Assembly: GCA_973895155.1 (NCBI GenBank)
Contig: OZ316891.1
Coordinates: 9,239,875 to 9,303,874 of the forward strand
From: Marsupella aquatica
Lineage: Eukaryota > Plantae > Marchantiophyta
DNA: 64,000 nt
Direction: 5' to 3'
Shown: piece by piece, positions 50,073 through 64,000 of the stretch
How the letters are laid out: each line of letters opens with the position of its first letter
Numbering within the stretch: the stretch's first letter is position 1
Notes under the pieces: model-generated
Databases searched by the model: none
Told to the model about the DNA's origin: nothing
The model's input: the letters and a program-made list of their open reading frames with translations, nothing else
Made by a program: the position numbers and the translations under genes

Positions 50073-53000
50073 GACATGAATTGAATGTATTTGAGCACAT
50101 TTCAGGTCTGGCAGCTCTATTTGAAAGAACAAGTAAAACCCCAAAGTTGTGTTCCACTATTCTGAGATTGGCTTTCTAGGGGAAAAAGAGGGTTTTCCTC
50201 AAATAGATCACCCTTTGCTTAGAGTGTCCAGATATGATAGAGAGTAATTACTACAGCAGACCTGGAAAATGTGACATTGTGGGATTGAATTTCCAAGCAC
50301 ATCCCCAAAATAATTTCTAAGGGATCTTTTGGAAAACTGTGTAGTCTCAGTTGACTAGAACAGCAATGCGTTATATTCAATAGAGTGCCCCCCAGGTGTT
50401 CTACTTGAGTACGACGACTGGGCATTCGTTTCAGGGGAAAACGGTACCTATATGTACTAGTGGCAAGCTCTGCACAAAGTCTCCTCTTTCAAAGTACAAC
50501 AAATTGTGAAGCTAAATTGATCATGATTGAGAGTTTTGCTTTTCATTCAAGAGCTTTAATGCATAGCAGTGTTGTAGGAGCTCACAAAGGGCATGTCTCT
50601 TCATGGAACCTATAAGTATCTTAGAAAATTATAGGCACCTCTGAGGTCCTACATCCCACATGGTAATGCATTGATATTCTAAACATGGGAAACTATAAGG
50701 GAAGCTAGAACCTCAACTTGATCTACTTCCCAAAACAATCTTAATAGTGATAAAAAAAGCTTTATCTACATCTGCTTCAAGTAACTAGACTTTCAGCAAA
50801 GATCCCCAAAATTTTCTTTCAAACTATAGAGGTAATTATGGAGATCATGTAGTCGTAAGAACTGAAGGTTTCTAGTGTTCATATGAACAATTGATATCAA
50901 AGTTCAAGGTTATGTAACAAACAACTAGAAGAAATTGACAATGGCCATCTTTGTATGGGTGCCTCTTGTCCTTTGTTGAGAGATAGACCACCCTCAAGTT
51001 ATGTTTTACTCAGGCAATCTCTGCTTTGACATATTCCTAATGAGACAGAGGTACGAAGAAGCCTCACATCTCTCATAATAAAATTAGCCCTTGTCAGATC
51101 AAGGTCCAAAGCTAATCAATCTTTCTTAGAGATGAAAATGGCAGGCCCACAAAGCTATAAAAGTAGATCGATTAAAGATTATCAAAACCTTGTAGGATGC
51201 CGGAGAGTACCAAAAAGTTATAGTTGAAATGCATAGGAGATAAACTCTCAGTCCAAGAAATTTTGTCATATTGTGGTACGAAAAAGTAATCTTCTTAACA
51301 TCTATTTACATAAACACATTATACATTTTTCATATACATAGTATGCACATCCTCAAACCTCCCTTAGATTTTTTCCAGTTTGGATATACTGTGATTGGGA
51401 CTGTGATATTGGAGCAAGTGCTGCAATAGGTCTTATGATTGTTTCCAGCAAAACATTATTGGATGATGGAGATTTTTGAGGGGATCTGATTCCAACTGTT
51501 GTCTAAGTCTTTAAGGTTCTCCTTTACACTCACATATGCAGAAGCAATCAATTCTTCTGAGAAAAGAAGCTCAGCCAAGTTTGCCCAAAACTCTAGGAAA
51601 TCCTTTATTTTTCCAGGCTTCCTAATTGTGACAGTATTAGATCTAACTTCCACTATTTGAATACTACTCATAGAGTTTAGAATACCTGCAGGACTCACTC
51701 TTATCTTTGAGAAATTGGAATTAGAGCAAAAAAGGCTAAGATTTGTCAGTTCAAAATCTGGCGGAATAATTGTGAATCTAATCACTATAACAAAGACTGA
51801 GAGCACTTGTATTGTTGTCCTTTGAAACTGTTCTCTTTGATTGACCTTATTTTGTTGGCATTCTTGGTTTTTAAATTGAGTTGTTGGAATAATGAATTGC
51901 TCTATCACCCTCTCAAGTTATTTTGTTGTGTCAAACATCTGGGCTGGAAAAGAACATTGAAGTGAATTCTTGTTGTAGTACACGGAGTTAAGAGTACTTC
52001 ACCCAAACAGAAAAGTTGGTATTCTAATTACTGTATACAGGGGGAAAGTGGTTTCACTTTCAAGTAAAAAATCCAAATCCAAAACCAATGAACCCTCAAT
52101 CATTGACGATTCACTAGAGTTCAAACTTGACGAGAAGGAGATAAATAAATCTTCTGAGCCAAAAATGAAGATTTTCCGAAACACCTTTGAGAAGAATAGA
52201 AGGTTGATCAGCTTTTATAAATTATATTTAGTTATTATCACTTAATTATGTATCTTAGATACTTACATGTAAATCTTGAGATAACACTGTTTTCAAACTT
52301 ATCTTTCATTCTGAAAAGTTGTTGCTACGCCTAAACTATTCTTTTATGAAATTAATCACGTACACATGGTCATACATCTGGACTTCCCCAAAGTAGGTGG
52401 ATGAATATGGCTCATATTCATTGTACATGTTATTTTTCTAGTAACTTTGTTGTGACACTTTTTAAACTCTAGCTAATCTAACCATGCCAACCAACCATAG
52501 TAAGGTATTACTCTTATCTATGGTTACCTAGCTGAAGAAAAATCTTATAACATGATCCAATCTTAATCATGAGTAGGAAACATAGGTCCATTCAGTCCAT
52601 GTAAAAAACTCGTTACATGGGACCCACATAGCTATTAATTTTAGAGGCATCTCCCCATTAATAGTTATTTTCCAACTTGGTGAAAGTGCCAAACTCTTGC
52701 AAATGGACGCCCTATGTCCTAATAATTCAAATAAACTTTGTTTCTATAAACCCATTATTTGTGTGGTCTTGCTGCAATAGGGGTCACAATATTCAACATC
52801 CATTAGTTTTTGGCAAGAGAATATGTGGACTGCAACTCTTGACAGCAGCTATTTTGCAATACACAATTCTGACAATACACTCCTAAAAATATTGCTGAAA
52901 TGGAAGAGCTGTCAAAAGCAGTTAATAACCTCTTCTTGTGTTGTTTAGGAGAAAGTTACGGCAAGCCATAAGGGACTGTGAGGCCAAACGTAAAGCAAGG

Positions 53001-54730
53001 GATGAAGAAAAGCAGAAAGCAAAAAGTGATGTCACATTGTCAAGTGTGTAAGTTGTGTGGGTGTGATTTGGACTTGAAGCCACCAATTCTGATGTGCCTA
53101 TACAAATTGGTTTGGTGCCCCCACGTCCCTTGCTGATTGATTCATGAAGCTAAGGGCAGCTCTACAAGACATTGGAGCACATTGCCTCTTTTAAGTCCCT
53201 CTAAGATTAAATCTGGACTGTATAATAAGTAGAATTCCGGTGGGGTGTGGGGGAGAACCGAGATGCATTAAGTGATAAAACACGGACTCGTCTCCCTGAA
53301 TGTATCATGCATGTCAAATCACACAGGAGCATAAAGATCCATGTTTACATATTTTTGTTGTATTGAAAGCCTGATGTTCACAATTTTTACTTTGTACTGA
53401 GAGGTTGCTTCTTAATGCTTCACCTGGGAGGATCGGTTCACATTCCTTAGTGCTGTGCCTTGGGGCCGACTAAGATCCAGAGCCAAGCCCATCATCCTCC
53501 AAACATGGTTGTTCTTTGTCACAGTGATAATGAATGCCACTGAGTCGTTTTATACACTCTATTATGATTCTCCTTGTGGGCTCAATATGATGGGAGCACT
53601 ACAATTAGTTTGATTAAAATTGTGATTTGCCCTGTGCACTCTATATGACACGAGCACCCCAATGTGTGATTAAAAGTGTGAATTCATGTGAGCTGCAATT
53701 AGAGTGACACCAAAAATAATGTCACTCACACTTTCTGTGAGACTGAAAAATGTAAGGGCTAGGCAATTAGTGTGGCAAACACTGATTGCACTAATACTGA
53801 GTTCTGCCAAACACACTTTGTCCAGATGTTGTGTTCAAAAATTCTCAAAAAAAAGGTTTTTGGGGTTCTAAACAGGCTTTGGCAAGAGTGCCCTTCCAGG
53901 TGTGAAATCACCAAATTACCCTTTCTCGATAGAGGAGAAGTTTCATAACATTGCTAACGAATTTTAGAAATTCAAAGGCTGGATGGACCTAGAAATCATC
54001 AATTTGGCCAATGATGCTTCTCTATTATGAAAGACGTTGGAGTAATTCTTCCGAGCATCTCGGACTGCTAGTTTTTCGGGTACTCATTATCCATTTATAC
54101 AACTTTTGGATGTGACCGGAAACACCATGAATAAATAAATGTAGATTGAGAGTAGACGAGAAGCAACGTGCAATGAAGTCTCCGGCCCGGGAAGGTAAAA
54201 TAAAATGATCGCGGGTCTGCAACATAATTATTGACACTGGGCCGACGGTGCCACGGTGGACCCCCTCCCCGCAACCCGGCCCACTCCACGGTCTTTTATT
54301 TTTTCTGCCTGCCCGTCGCGGGCAAGGAAGTGGGTCGCTCCCTGACTGGTGCCAGACTGCCAGTGCCCGTATTATTATTATTGAAACCACGGTCTCTCTC
54401 TGCCCGCGAACTGCCCGTAGCCCCCGGTCAGCTAGGGCAAGGTCAATGGGCCCCACCACGCACTAGCGGGCTCTCAGTCACTCAGTCAACTCGATCCGGC
54501 CCGCGGCCCCTTGTTGCGGTCTCTGGCCCCACATCGCAGTCCCATAATTATGTGAAACTTATTTGAACGGTCTAGATCTCCGTCCTTACTTAACTCCTTC
54601 GTCCGGAGCCGTAGGATCCTCAATAATTCAGTGCAAGAAAGAGGCGCCGTCGGGCGGATGCTCCGGCTCCCCGGGCTGGGCAGCGGGCACTATGCGAAAA
54701 ATTTGCACCGTCTGGTGTTCTTTTTTTTCG

Positions 54731-54749
54731 CTCTCTCTCTCTCTCTCTC
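54731..54749 (+). promoter_or_regulatory. (CT)n microsatellite / Y-patch near the presumed WDR11 transcription start
   Basis: ctctctctctctctctctc downstream of a GC-rich tract (54180-54700) with ggccc motifs and upstream of a long leader before the ATG at 56208. Confidence 0.45.
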
Positions 54750-56207
54750 AATCTCTGTTCGTTTTCCAGGCAGACCTGTTTCCTCTTCAGCTCTCGGAAT
54801 CTCTCCTGCTCGCGCTTTCTCGATCGACGAGTTTGCTTTCTCGATCGACGAGTTTGCTTTCTCGATCGTGGAGGACAGTAGTTTTGTTACTCGTCACTAG
54901 TCTGCAAGGCAAGCGAAGTCCTGCGGAAGGAGGAGATGAGTGCTCCTGGGTTTTCTGAGAGGTAAAAACTCTGAATGTTTGTTTTTGTTTGGTTTGGTTT
55001 GGGTTGGGTTGGTTTTGGGGATGAGGATTCCATGTCCTTACGACTGGGATTTGGTCGTCGTGAGGTTGGTCACCTTCTTCACCTTCCGTTTGGGTCGATC
55101 GCCTGCTGTGAGTGCGTTTTCTTGCTTTGGAAGCAACCGTGGGAGCGGAAGAGACGACGAATGTGGGTTTTTTCTTATTCTTTAATGTACTTGTGTAGAT
55201 TAGGAATTTAAATATTGCAGCAACACATTGGTCATTTTGAAACTGACTGTTGGCGAGCTGGATGTCAAAAGCGTTTGGTTCTGTGCTCGTCTAGACACAC
55301 GCTCACGGAATGCAGATAGATTGTGTCTGTCATTGGACTATTGGGAATTGAAGAATTGAGCGTTTCAGTAATGTAGTGAAGTTGTGATATCGTTTTTGCT
55401 TCGAATGTATGGCCAGCGGGTTTTGGAGAAGGCCTGAAACTCTTGCTGAACACTAGAATTGACCGGCAATGACAATGTGCTGAGGCTAGAATTGCTTTGG
55501 ATGGATGCCTAGAGTTATTTTGACAGAGACTCAAAATTTGCACCATAATTGCATATTTGAATCTTTGCAAGTTCGCCTCGTTTGGACTGAGTTCTGCAGC
55601 GGCAATGCAGTTCCTACAATGTAATACCGGGAAACAATCGCTTCTGGTGAGGAAATGTGAATCAGCATGATTGAGCTGGACAACTAACGAAAACAATATG
55701 GAGAAGACAGAGATGGAGCTTTTCTTTCTCTCTTGTAGCTGATTTGGTTGGTACGCAGGTAGTTTAGGTGTTGGATCGGGACAATGTGGCTGCATCCATT
55801 GTTAACCTGGAGTCACCACCTTCAAGATCCGTTCAGTGACTCGGTGATGGAAAGCCACTACAGTAGCAATTCACCTCCTCTGCCCACCCTCAGCACCAGC
55901 TCTCACAATGTAGGGTGCCTGGGAACTGGAAGAAGGTGACCCCTAATAAGTGCACGGAGAGGAGCACAACGAGTCACATGGAATGGTAGCATAATGCAGA
56001 CGACAATTGCAGTGCAATCTTAAAGCTAAGCGTGAGAATTTCTTCTGAGAGTTGGGCATGAAACCCTGGATCTTCACCATTCACGGTTGTGGGTCTGCTG
56101 CGTTTGTTCCTTGGGTTGGAGAAACAAGAGGAATCTAATTGAAAGAAGGAGTAGTCAAGACAATGGGAGGAGAAAGAAGAGTCTAATTGCCGGCAGGAAT
56201 AGTGAAG

Positions 56208-59200
56208 ATGATGGGAGGATCAGGAGCTGGAGTGATGATAGCAGGACCGGGAACAAAGGAAAACGGAGGGTCCTCACATTGCAGTGCACATGGACTGTTG
56301 GCTTATGGGGCCGGCAGCTGCATAGTAGTTGTGGACGTGCGGTCAATGCAATTGGTGGTGGTGCTACCCATGCCCTCACCGCGCAGCACTCCCTCGCTCC
56401 CGGCTCCCTACGTGACTGCTGTGCAATGGATTCCCGAGACGATGTCCCGGGATCTCACCCAAGAGGTGTCAACGACACATTTACGTTTGGCCGTAGGCGA
56501 TCGCCAAGGCAGGATTGCCATTTGGGACGCAGCAGTGAAAGATATCGTCTCCTGGCTGGAATTGGAGTCCGAGAAGGGGAGACTTGGCATTCAAGACCTC
56601 TGCTGGATTTATGGCATGCCTTGGCTTTTGGCAGCTATTCATGGACCGTCGCTGATTGTGATCTGGGACCCTCAGTTAGGCCATCCCATTTGGAAGTATG
56701 ATGCGGGTCCGGAGTACTTGGGCAGTGTCAGATGCGACCCTTTTGATGCTCGCCAGGTTTGTGTGGTTGGTTTGAAAGGCCTCCTTCTTGCGCTGCTCGT
56801 GCAAGGAACCGGAGAGGGTGATGTTGTTGTAAAACAGTATAACCTCCCAGCGTCGGAGGAGCGCAATAGTGGGAATTTGGGAGTCTTGGGCCATGGGACT
56901 GGAAGTTTTCAAAAGGATGCAGGGTTTAGTTCTGGGTCGAGTTCTACTGGAGCCCCCGCCCTGGCTGCAACCCCGGGAGTCATTGCGCGGGCCATGTTTT
57001 CTCCACGGACTAGGGGCTTACTGTATGTGGTTTATACAAGAGAGATAATCGTGTTTGATTCGAATTTTGGAATGGCATTGGCATCGACGCCACTGCCGAG
57101 AGGAATTGGCAAGCTTTTGGATGTGCTGGCTGTTGCAGATGGTGATATTCTCTACTGTGCGCATCAGGATGGCAAGCTTAGTGCTTGGACAAAACGAGAG
57201 TAAGCTTTCCGACCGTTTTGTAATCGAGGAGTAGCGCTGATCATCATTGGGTTCCTGATTGTTCTTTGGATCTTACCTCTCCTTCCTCCATTCCCGGGGC
57301 CACCTTCCAAACTGAGCCTGTGGATCACATATTTCATTTGAAGTCTGTGTCTCAGGTACTGCTATCGAAGTCAACAAGAATACAATAGGCTGCTGAATTT
57401 CCTAATGTAGAGGGATAGGAGTCCACTGCCTGTCAGAAGATCTGGCTTTTCAACCTTCATAGTCTCAGATATTCGAGAAATTGAAAGTCTTTCGGTTCCT
57501 TGTGGTTAGGCATAACTTTTTGAGGAAGTTTGCTCTGAAATGAATCTCCCTCTTTAAGACTAAATCATGGCAGGATGATCGCTGACAAACTAATCGGCCT
57601 GCTGTTAAACCGTTGTAATGTTTCTTCCTAATGGTAACGTTCGGGACTCTAATATGTGACAACTACCTGAAAAGAACCTTGAAGTATGAAAGAATCGGAA
57701 TCGTCCTCCCCATGTAGCGAGCGCATGGATACAAAAATTGGATGTGGAAAAACTCGCGTTTCATATAGAGCATGAGATAATTAAGAGTCCGCGATATAAA
57801 TTGTATAGCTCAATCCCCTTCTGGCTATTCCTAGTTGAGGTCGGACATTTGGCTGTGGCTTACCGGCATCTATTCTATGAAAACTGACTCTTCTTTGTCA
57901 TGTTATGGATAGGGGTAAACAGGTGTTCACTCTATCTTTCACGGAATCTTTGATGCCTTCCATGGGGTCACCGGTGCCTGCTCCAACAGTATTAGCTGTC
58001 GTACACTGCCCACTTCAGGTGCAGGTGCAGAAAACTGGAAAGGGGAAGGAGGACACACCCTCACTGCAGCTCTCTTCAATTCCTCTGCCAGGAAGCTGTC
58101 CAGCACCCACAGGATTCCGTGATAGTCCAAGACAGGAGAAAGAGTCTAGTGCATTGTGTGCATCAAAAGATGAAGAAGTCCTCCTGGAGGCCACTTTTGT
58201 CTGTGTGACGGATGATGGGAAGCTTTGGCAATGGATTATGGGTTCTCAAGTACACTTGGATGGACACCACCACCCACATGAACCAGTTTTTAAGGTAGAG
58301 CGTTTGCCTTTTGATGCACAAACACTCAGGCCATTGTACGAGACTAAGTCTGTGAAACTGTGTCAGACTTGGTCTGGTCCCCCTTTTATGTCAACTAAAT
58401 GCACGAACTCTTATGTCATTGATATTGTAAATTTCCCTTTCTGTGTGCTTTTATGTTGGTAGTCACCTGTGTGAATTGGACTCTTTCCCACCGCTTTTTC
58501 TATCCCTCGACCGTTAGTTAGTCTCAAATAGAATAACCTTGCTTCTTTCATTTCACTCAAACTTAAGGCAGACGATTAGGATCTAAGTGTCAGTGCGGAA
58601 GTCTGGATGATTTTAGTCTAATTGTGATCTAACAAAACGAATAACTGGAACTACGACTCTGATGTACGTCTGGCCTTCACGTGTCTCATTTTTTGGTTGC
58701 TTGTCACAGTTGGATTTGGTGATGCAGCTCCAATTGCTTCCATCAGCAATAACCACATTAGCAGTCCCAGTCCCGTCACAGCTTTCCATTCTATCTGGTG
58801 AGTTCACTCTGGAACTCTCAAAGTCTGTTACGTCAACGAGCTGATTCACATTCCGAGTGGCTCAACTACTAGTGACATGATTTAGGTCTGACCGTTGTCA
58901 GTGCCTGGGAGATGCAGGTGGAGGTGGGGGAGGAGCTGTGGCAGTTCCACTTGTAGCGTTGGCTACACAAGGTGGGACAATTGAGCTGGTTGATGCCGCA
59001 GCCAATGCCATTACCTCCTCATTTTCAGTGCACACTGGTACCGTTGTCCGAGGTGTACGCTGGCTGGGGAATACTCGCTTAGTCTCGTTTTCGTATTCTG
59101 AGGTTTCCCCTCCACACATTCCCATGTTATGAATTCCTAGTTAACCAGTGGCAAGCAAAGAGAACACTCGCCTTGTGACTATGAAACTATAGTCAGGTTT

Positions 59201-62200
59201 TTATCATTATTGTCAAATTGTATCCCTTACTGACAATGTAACAATATGAATTGACTTGTTGCTCCCTAGAACTTCATTGTTTTGAAGAGCAGATTTGGAC
59301 ACTAGTTGTTCGAATTCGGTTATAAATTATCATTCACACCTTCCGTGGATTATTTGTGCTTGTAGGTAAAAGGGAAGGGTGGTGGGTTTGTGAACAAGTT
59401 AGTAGTGACGTGTGTAAGGAGTGGTCAAAGCAAGCCATTCCGTGTACTGCAGAAACCAGAACGTGCTCCTATGCGTGCCCTGCGCGCATCTCCCTCTGGA
59501 AGGTACTTAATCTTTTCGTTTAGAAATGCTAGCCAAGTCTTTACTTCACAGCCTATTTTCTAATCTGGTATAAAAAAAGTTTTGAAGGTTGAGCGAGAGA
59601 TCTTCAATTTAGACGAGTTTCAATATTTTGAAATCAAGTTAGAGTTATACGGATGTTGCATTTGATAACCAGTGCTGGTTTCAGTTTCTCGATTTATTCT
59701 AATCTTGCATAAAAAATCCTTCCCCGTTTCCTTTCCTTTTCTTCCCATTGTCTGAAATGAGTTCTGAGTTTTTTCACAATATCAGCCAGCTGCGCAATCC
59801 GGGCTAGACACGTTCTTATAAATCAATTCCTTAACTCACTGGGACAGTCTGTATTGTTATCCTCAAAGAGAAGAGAATATTATGTCTGTCCCTTCAGAAA
59901 GTTCCTATATTTTCCCCCATGTAGCGAAATGTGATTTACAATTTTGTGTGAATGGAAAAGCTTCACGCAGAAACTCAAGATCTCTGCGTGTATTGAGACT
60001 GGAGAAGGTTTTCTACTACACCATGAGTCTTGCATCAAACCTTCGAGAAATAATTGATTTGATTAGATTCTAAATCTTTAAGACATGATCAATTAATGAA
60101 TACTTGGTATGTTTTGGGGCATTTCCATAAAACTAGGGCCAAAGAAATAAGAAATGAAAAGAGGTGGAAGAAAGGTATTTGTTAAATGGATATGTAATCA
60201 CAGAAATTGCATGTCATAAATATTATATAAGTTGATTGAAAGTCTTCGAGGGAAAGGGTTGTTGATATTTTTTACCGTTTTGACTGGCAGATATTTGCTC
60301 ATTCTTTTCCGGGAGGCTCCTGCTGAAGTTTGGGCAATGACAAGGGTTCCACAGATGGTAAAATTTCAACTCGTTCAATGGCGAACTTCTAAGTGGAACA
60401 TCCGATGGCTTGGTCATGCAATCCAACATCAAAAGTTAATTACCCAAACGTTTGTCTGATATTATTGTTCTTACAAAATATAATCTTTGGTTAGAGATCT
60501 TGAGCAATAATTGGAGCCTCCTGCTGTTCAGAAGATCTCATGGGCCCTCCTCCTTTCCTAGTAGCTCTTAAACATTATCAAAACAAATTTGTTTCAAACT
60601 CGGTCCTATCGAACTTATCTCATGGGCGCTTGAGATTCCTTCTGACCATTTGGTGATCTTAGTGGGTGGTCATCAATTCTCTCATGGGTGAAGGAAATGG
60701 GTTCAGATATCTGTTTGCTCATTCTCGTCAGAAGGGACATGAAAAAACTAGGTAGGGGTTGATAACACATGCGTCTGCCAAAGTCAGGCATTATGGAAGA
60801 TCATCATCTGAGACAATATCGGGACAACAAGCATTGCCAAGTAGTCATGAAACACTCTTAATCTTTGACGTCTTTCCTGGAATGATTTTCGCTTCCCTGA
60901 TTTCTGGGTATTCTAGGCAAGTTAAAAAACAGCACAAGCTATCTTAGGTAGTAGTTTGGTCATTATTCCCTGATTCCTGAAGCATCTGTTGTTCATCTGG
61001 AAAATTAATTTTGCCCGAAAGGTTACTGTAGATGGAAAGACATCCATTCTTCCATTTCTTCACTGATTGTAACATTCTCATCTCAAAATTGAAGAAGAAT
61101 CTTGTCTTTTTGTAGTTGCGGTCTTTAGCTCTGCCATTTACTGTCATGGAGTGGGCACTACCACCAGCCCCCCGGTCTCCAGCGCCATCAACTTCAGGCT
61201 CGTCACAGAAGACGGCTCTATCTCTATTTTACTCTTCCGCCCCAACCATTGCCTCTACTGCAGCAGCAGCAAGTGCCGCTGGAATAAATTCACCACAATC
61301 ATCTGGCCCAAGTATGTTGGTCAATTTTGCTGTCCATTAAGTCCAGTTTACAGTGTGCACCAATGTTTTCAGGAGATCTTCTGTTCCTAATTCGCATGTA
61401 AGATTCCGTCATTCTGATCAATTTATAACATAGTTCTCAGGGGAGAACGTGTTCGTTAGAGACTGATACACCTGTCTTCTCAGAGACTACGGACGTTACT
61501 GGGGCTCCTGACCAGCAATATTCTGACTCAGACGCAGCAGAAAGCTTTGCATTTGCATTAGTAAATGGTTCACTGGGAGTATTCGAACTACGCGGCAGAA
61601 GAGTTCGTGATTTCAGGTTTGCTGCGGATTGACGATCTTAAAATTCCATGGTTTGTGTGATTCAGGCTAGAACCTTGATATAGATTCTGGCTGTGAGCTA
61701 TTTCCAATTTTCTACCACCGGTTTGTCAAAACCTCTATGCTCAGGAATTTTACTTCATTTCCAGGTCTAAATTGTTTTTATCGTGAAGTCCTTCTAGTAC
61801 GAACTAGTCAATTCGTGAAGGGGATGTGTGTTACTAGCAATGGAGCTGATGAAGAGAATATGTGGTATTAAATTTCCCGGAGCATATTATTTCAAATTGA
61901 GTCATTGAGAAATATTGTTTCAGACCAAAGTGGCCAGCTGCATCATTTGTGTCAGCTGATGTTCTAGTGACAGCAATGGCTTATCGCATGCCTCATGTGG
62001 TACGTTGCCAACATCCGATATCATTGGTGACCTAATTTTATCAATTTGCAATAAGTAGGAAGGAGCATCGTCATAGGAAAAGACTGCCTATATATATTCT
62101 CTTGTGGCTTGAGAGTACATATCTTTATCCTTTCTGATCAAGTCTTGTTTTCTTCTACAAGGCTGTTGTGGTTGGTCTTAAAGCTAGACTGAAGAAAGCG

Positions 62201-63705
62201 TTTTGTTCTTCTACCTGTGGGCAAGGATCATGTTCTCAAATTTGTTTGTTGTCATATACCACGGAACGGATTTCAGGTGATGGGTGATCGTATTGGAAAC
62301 ATTCGGTGGTGGGATGTTACATCAGGTCTTTCCTCTCTTTTCAATACCCATCATGGTGGAATTCGGCGAATAAAGTTTGCTCCAGTGACGCTTGGAGATC
62401 CCAGTAGAGGTCGCATTGCAGTCCTCTTCAATGACCACACTTTTGCAGTGTACGATCTTGTAAGTATACATTATTCATGCGCATGAGAGAAGTTAGTTTT
62501 TTATACCAACTAGCTGACATTGTGAATATTGCTTCCTGCTTTTCAGAACAAAGTTATAGCTTCTTTGCCAGGAAGTTTTTACTTGCTAGGATAGGAACTG
62601 TTCTGTGAGTTGTAGAGGTGGGAGAAAAATGCCAGTACTCATATCGTTCCGTTGGATTATCGCAATCTTTTGATCGAAAACATCGTTGAAAGACAGATGT
62701 CTCAGATTTTACGCGCATTCGATGGACCTCATTGCATTATGATGACCTTTCTGGCTACAGGACACGCAGGATCCCCTAGCAAATGCTCTTGTGCAGCCAC
62801 AATATGGGGGGATTTTAGTTTTGGAGCTTGACTGGTTTCCTTTAAGGGCTGATAAGCATGAACCACTACTCCTGTGTGTCGCCGGAGCAGATGGGAGTTT
62901 CCGTCTTCTTGAGGTTTACAGGTATAAATCTGTTTTTTCTCTTAAAGACCCGTGTTGTGCTGGATGCTGGTCCAATTTATCTTCTTACTATACGTGAGTT
63001 GGTGTATGTAGATTACTGCTGAATCCAGACTCAGTTACTATAGGGCAGACCTCAGAATGAGACGTATTCTTGTGAACCGGGGGTTAACGTTGTAATGAAT
63101 AGTTTCTCCTTTTTGCTGTAGCAGTGTGTTCGTGCTCTTGGATGAAAAATCGACTTCGTGAATGCACATGGTAACATAAGATTTTGTTGATTATTCACAG
63201 CACCGTAAAGTCTGGGTCAGGGTCACAGAAAGTGAGGACATCTGTATGGCAACGATGTCGTCCAGTGCCGATCTGCTCTCCAGCTCTTATTCCTCCTCCG
63301 CATGCAATGGTATAAGGACATCTTCGCTAGTTATGTTTAATGTTTTCCAGCTATGATTTTTCGTTGTGTTCATGAGCCTAAATTCTAGTGCTTTTTTGAA
63401 TTTAGGAAAGGAAAATTGCCTTCCGAGGTTGATTGTGGTACTCACGAATATGGTGTTCTAGATTCGTACGAGTATCTGATGATTGACCTTGCTGACCATT
63501 ATGTGACAGGCCTTTCGAATGCTACTCCAGCTTGGTATTAAACCGTCTTGGTTTTATGTGACAAAGTCTACGTCTGCGGACACAATATTGAGCTCTAAAA
63601 ATGGTGATCTTCGAGGTTTCCTGCTGGAAACTTCTTTGCCAGGGATTGGAGAGACGGTTGCCGCGGAAGTGCTCTTGAAATCTCTGGAGCCTTATCGCAG
63701 ATCGG
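56208..63705 (+). CDS. WDR11: WD repeat-containing protein 11-like (WDR11), 5' portion; gene continues beyond the window
   Basis: Exon 56208-57199 (GLLAYGAGSCIVVVDVRSMQL, LRLAVGDRQGRIAIWD, IQDLCW, VRCDPFD, LYCAHQDGKLSAW). Later exons give VTDDGKLWQW, VPLVALATQGGTIELVD, VRGVRWLGNTRLVSFSY, QKPERAPMRALRAS, LRSLALPFTVMEW, ESFAFALVNG, MGDRIGNIRWWD, GRIAVLFND, LELDWFPLR. Last visible exon ~63511-63705. Confidence 0.9.
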
Positions 63706-64000
63706 GTATCTGGCCTAGACTCCGAGCCACGTTGAATTTTGGTTTGAGTAGCGTCCATGAAATTTCTACTTCTAGACAGACTGCTACAGTTGGAGTGATT
63801 CATAGATGAAGAAGAGCTGTAGTTGGTGTTGGAAATTTTGATCCTGTCCTAGTACTTCGAATCTCACTCTTTGAAAGCCTTTCGTCTTTGAAATTAGACC
63901 TCGGTAAACTCTGCAACAAGCTGGTGGTTATAATCAGCAGGGAATATCCAAGCTGGTTGGGATCTTTGAGAATGTGATCGCTATATTGCTTGTTAAAAAC

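Noticed and set aside
56087-56701. 204-aa overlapping ORF
   Set aside because: Alternate frame of WDR11 exon 1; no independent evidence.

Overview
Eukaryotic nuclear DNA from a land plant. The compact GT-AG introns, 5'UTR introns and plant-type proteins look bryophyte/liverwort-like, but that assignment is inference. Four conserved multi-exon genes can be assembled by hand: an RsmD-like methyltransferase (-), a CruP-type lycopene-cyclase paralog (+), a 3-ketodihydrosphingosine reductase (+) and a WDR11-like protein (+, runs off the window). There is also an intronless DUF6817/TPR gene. The standout is an intact, spliced, GC-rich fungal-type cyanamide hydratase gene (HD family, Cah/Ddi2-like) at 7166-8202(-), a candidate horizontal acquisition. 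It lies head-to-head with the HD-like DUF6817 gene and near an orphan ORF carrying a fungal-style Cys/His zinc motif (17037-17546). Intergenic DNA holds several non-autonomous TIR elements, many short tandem duplications, a minisatellite and recurring interleaved inverted-repeat structures. No rRNA, tRNA or CRISPR array was seen. Family assignments come from motif recognition only; no searches were run.
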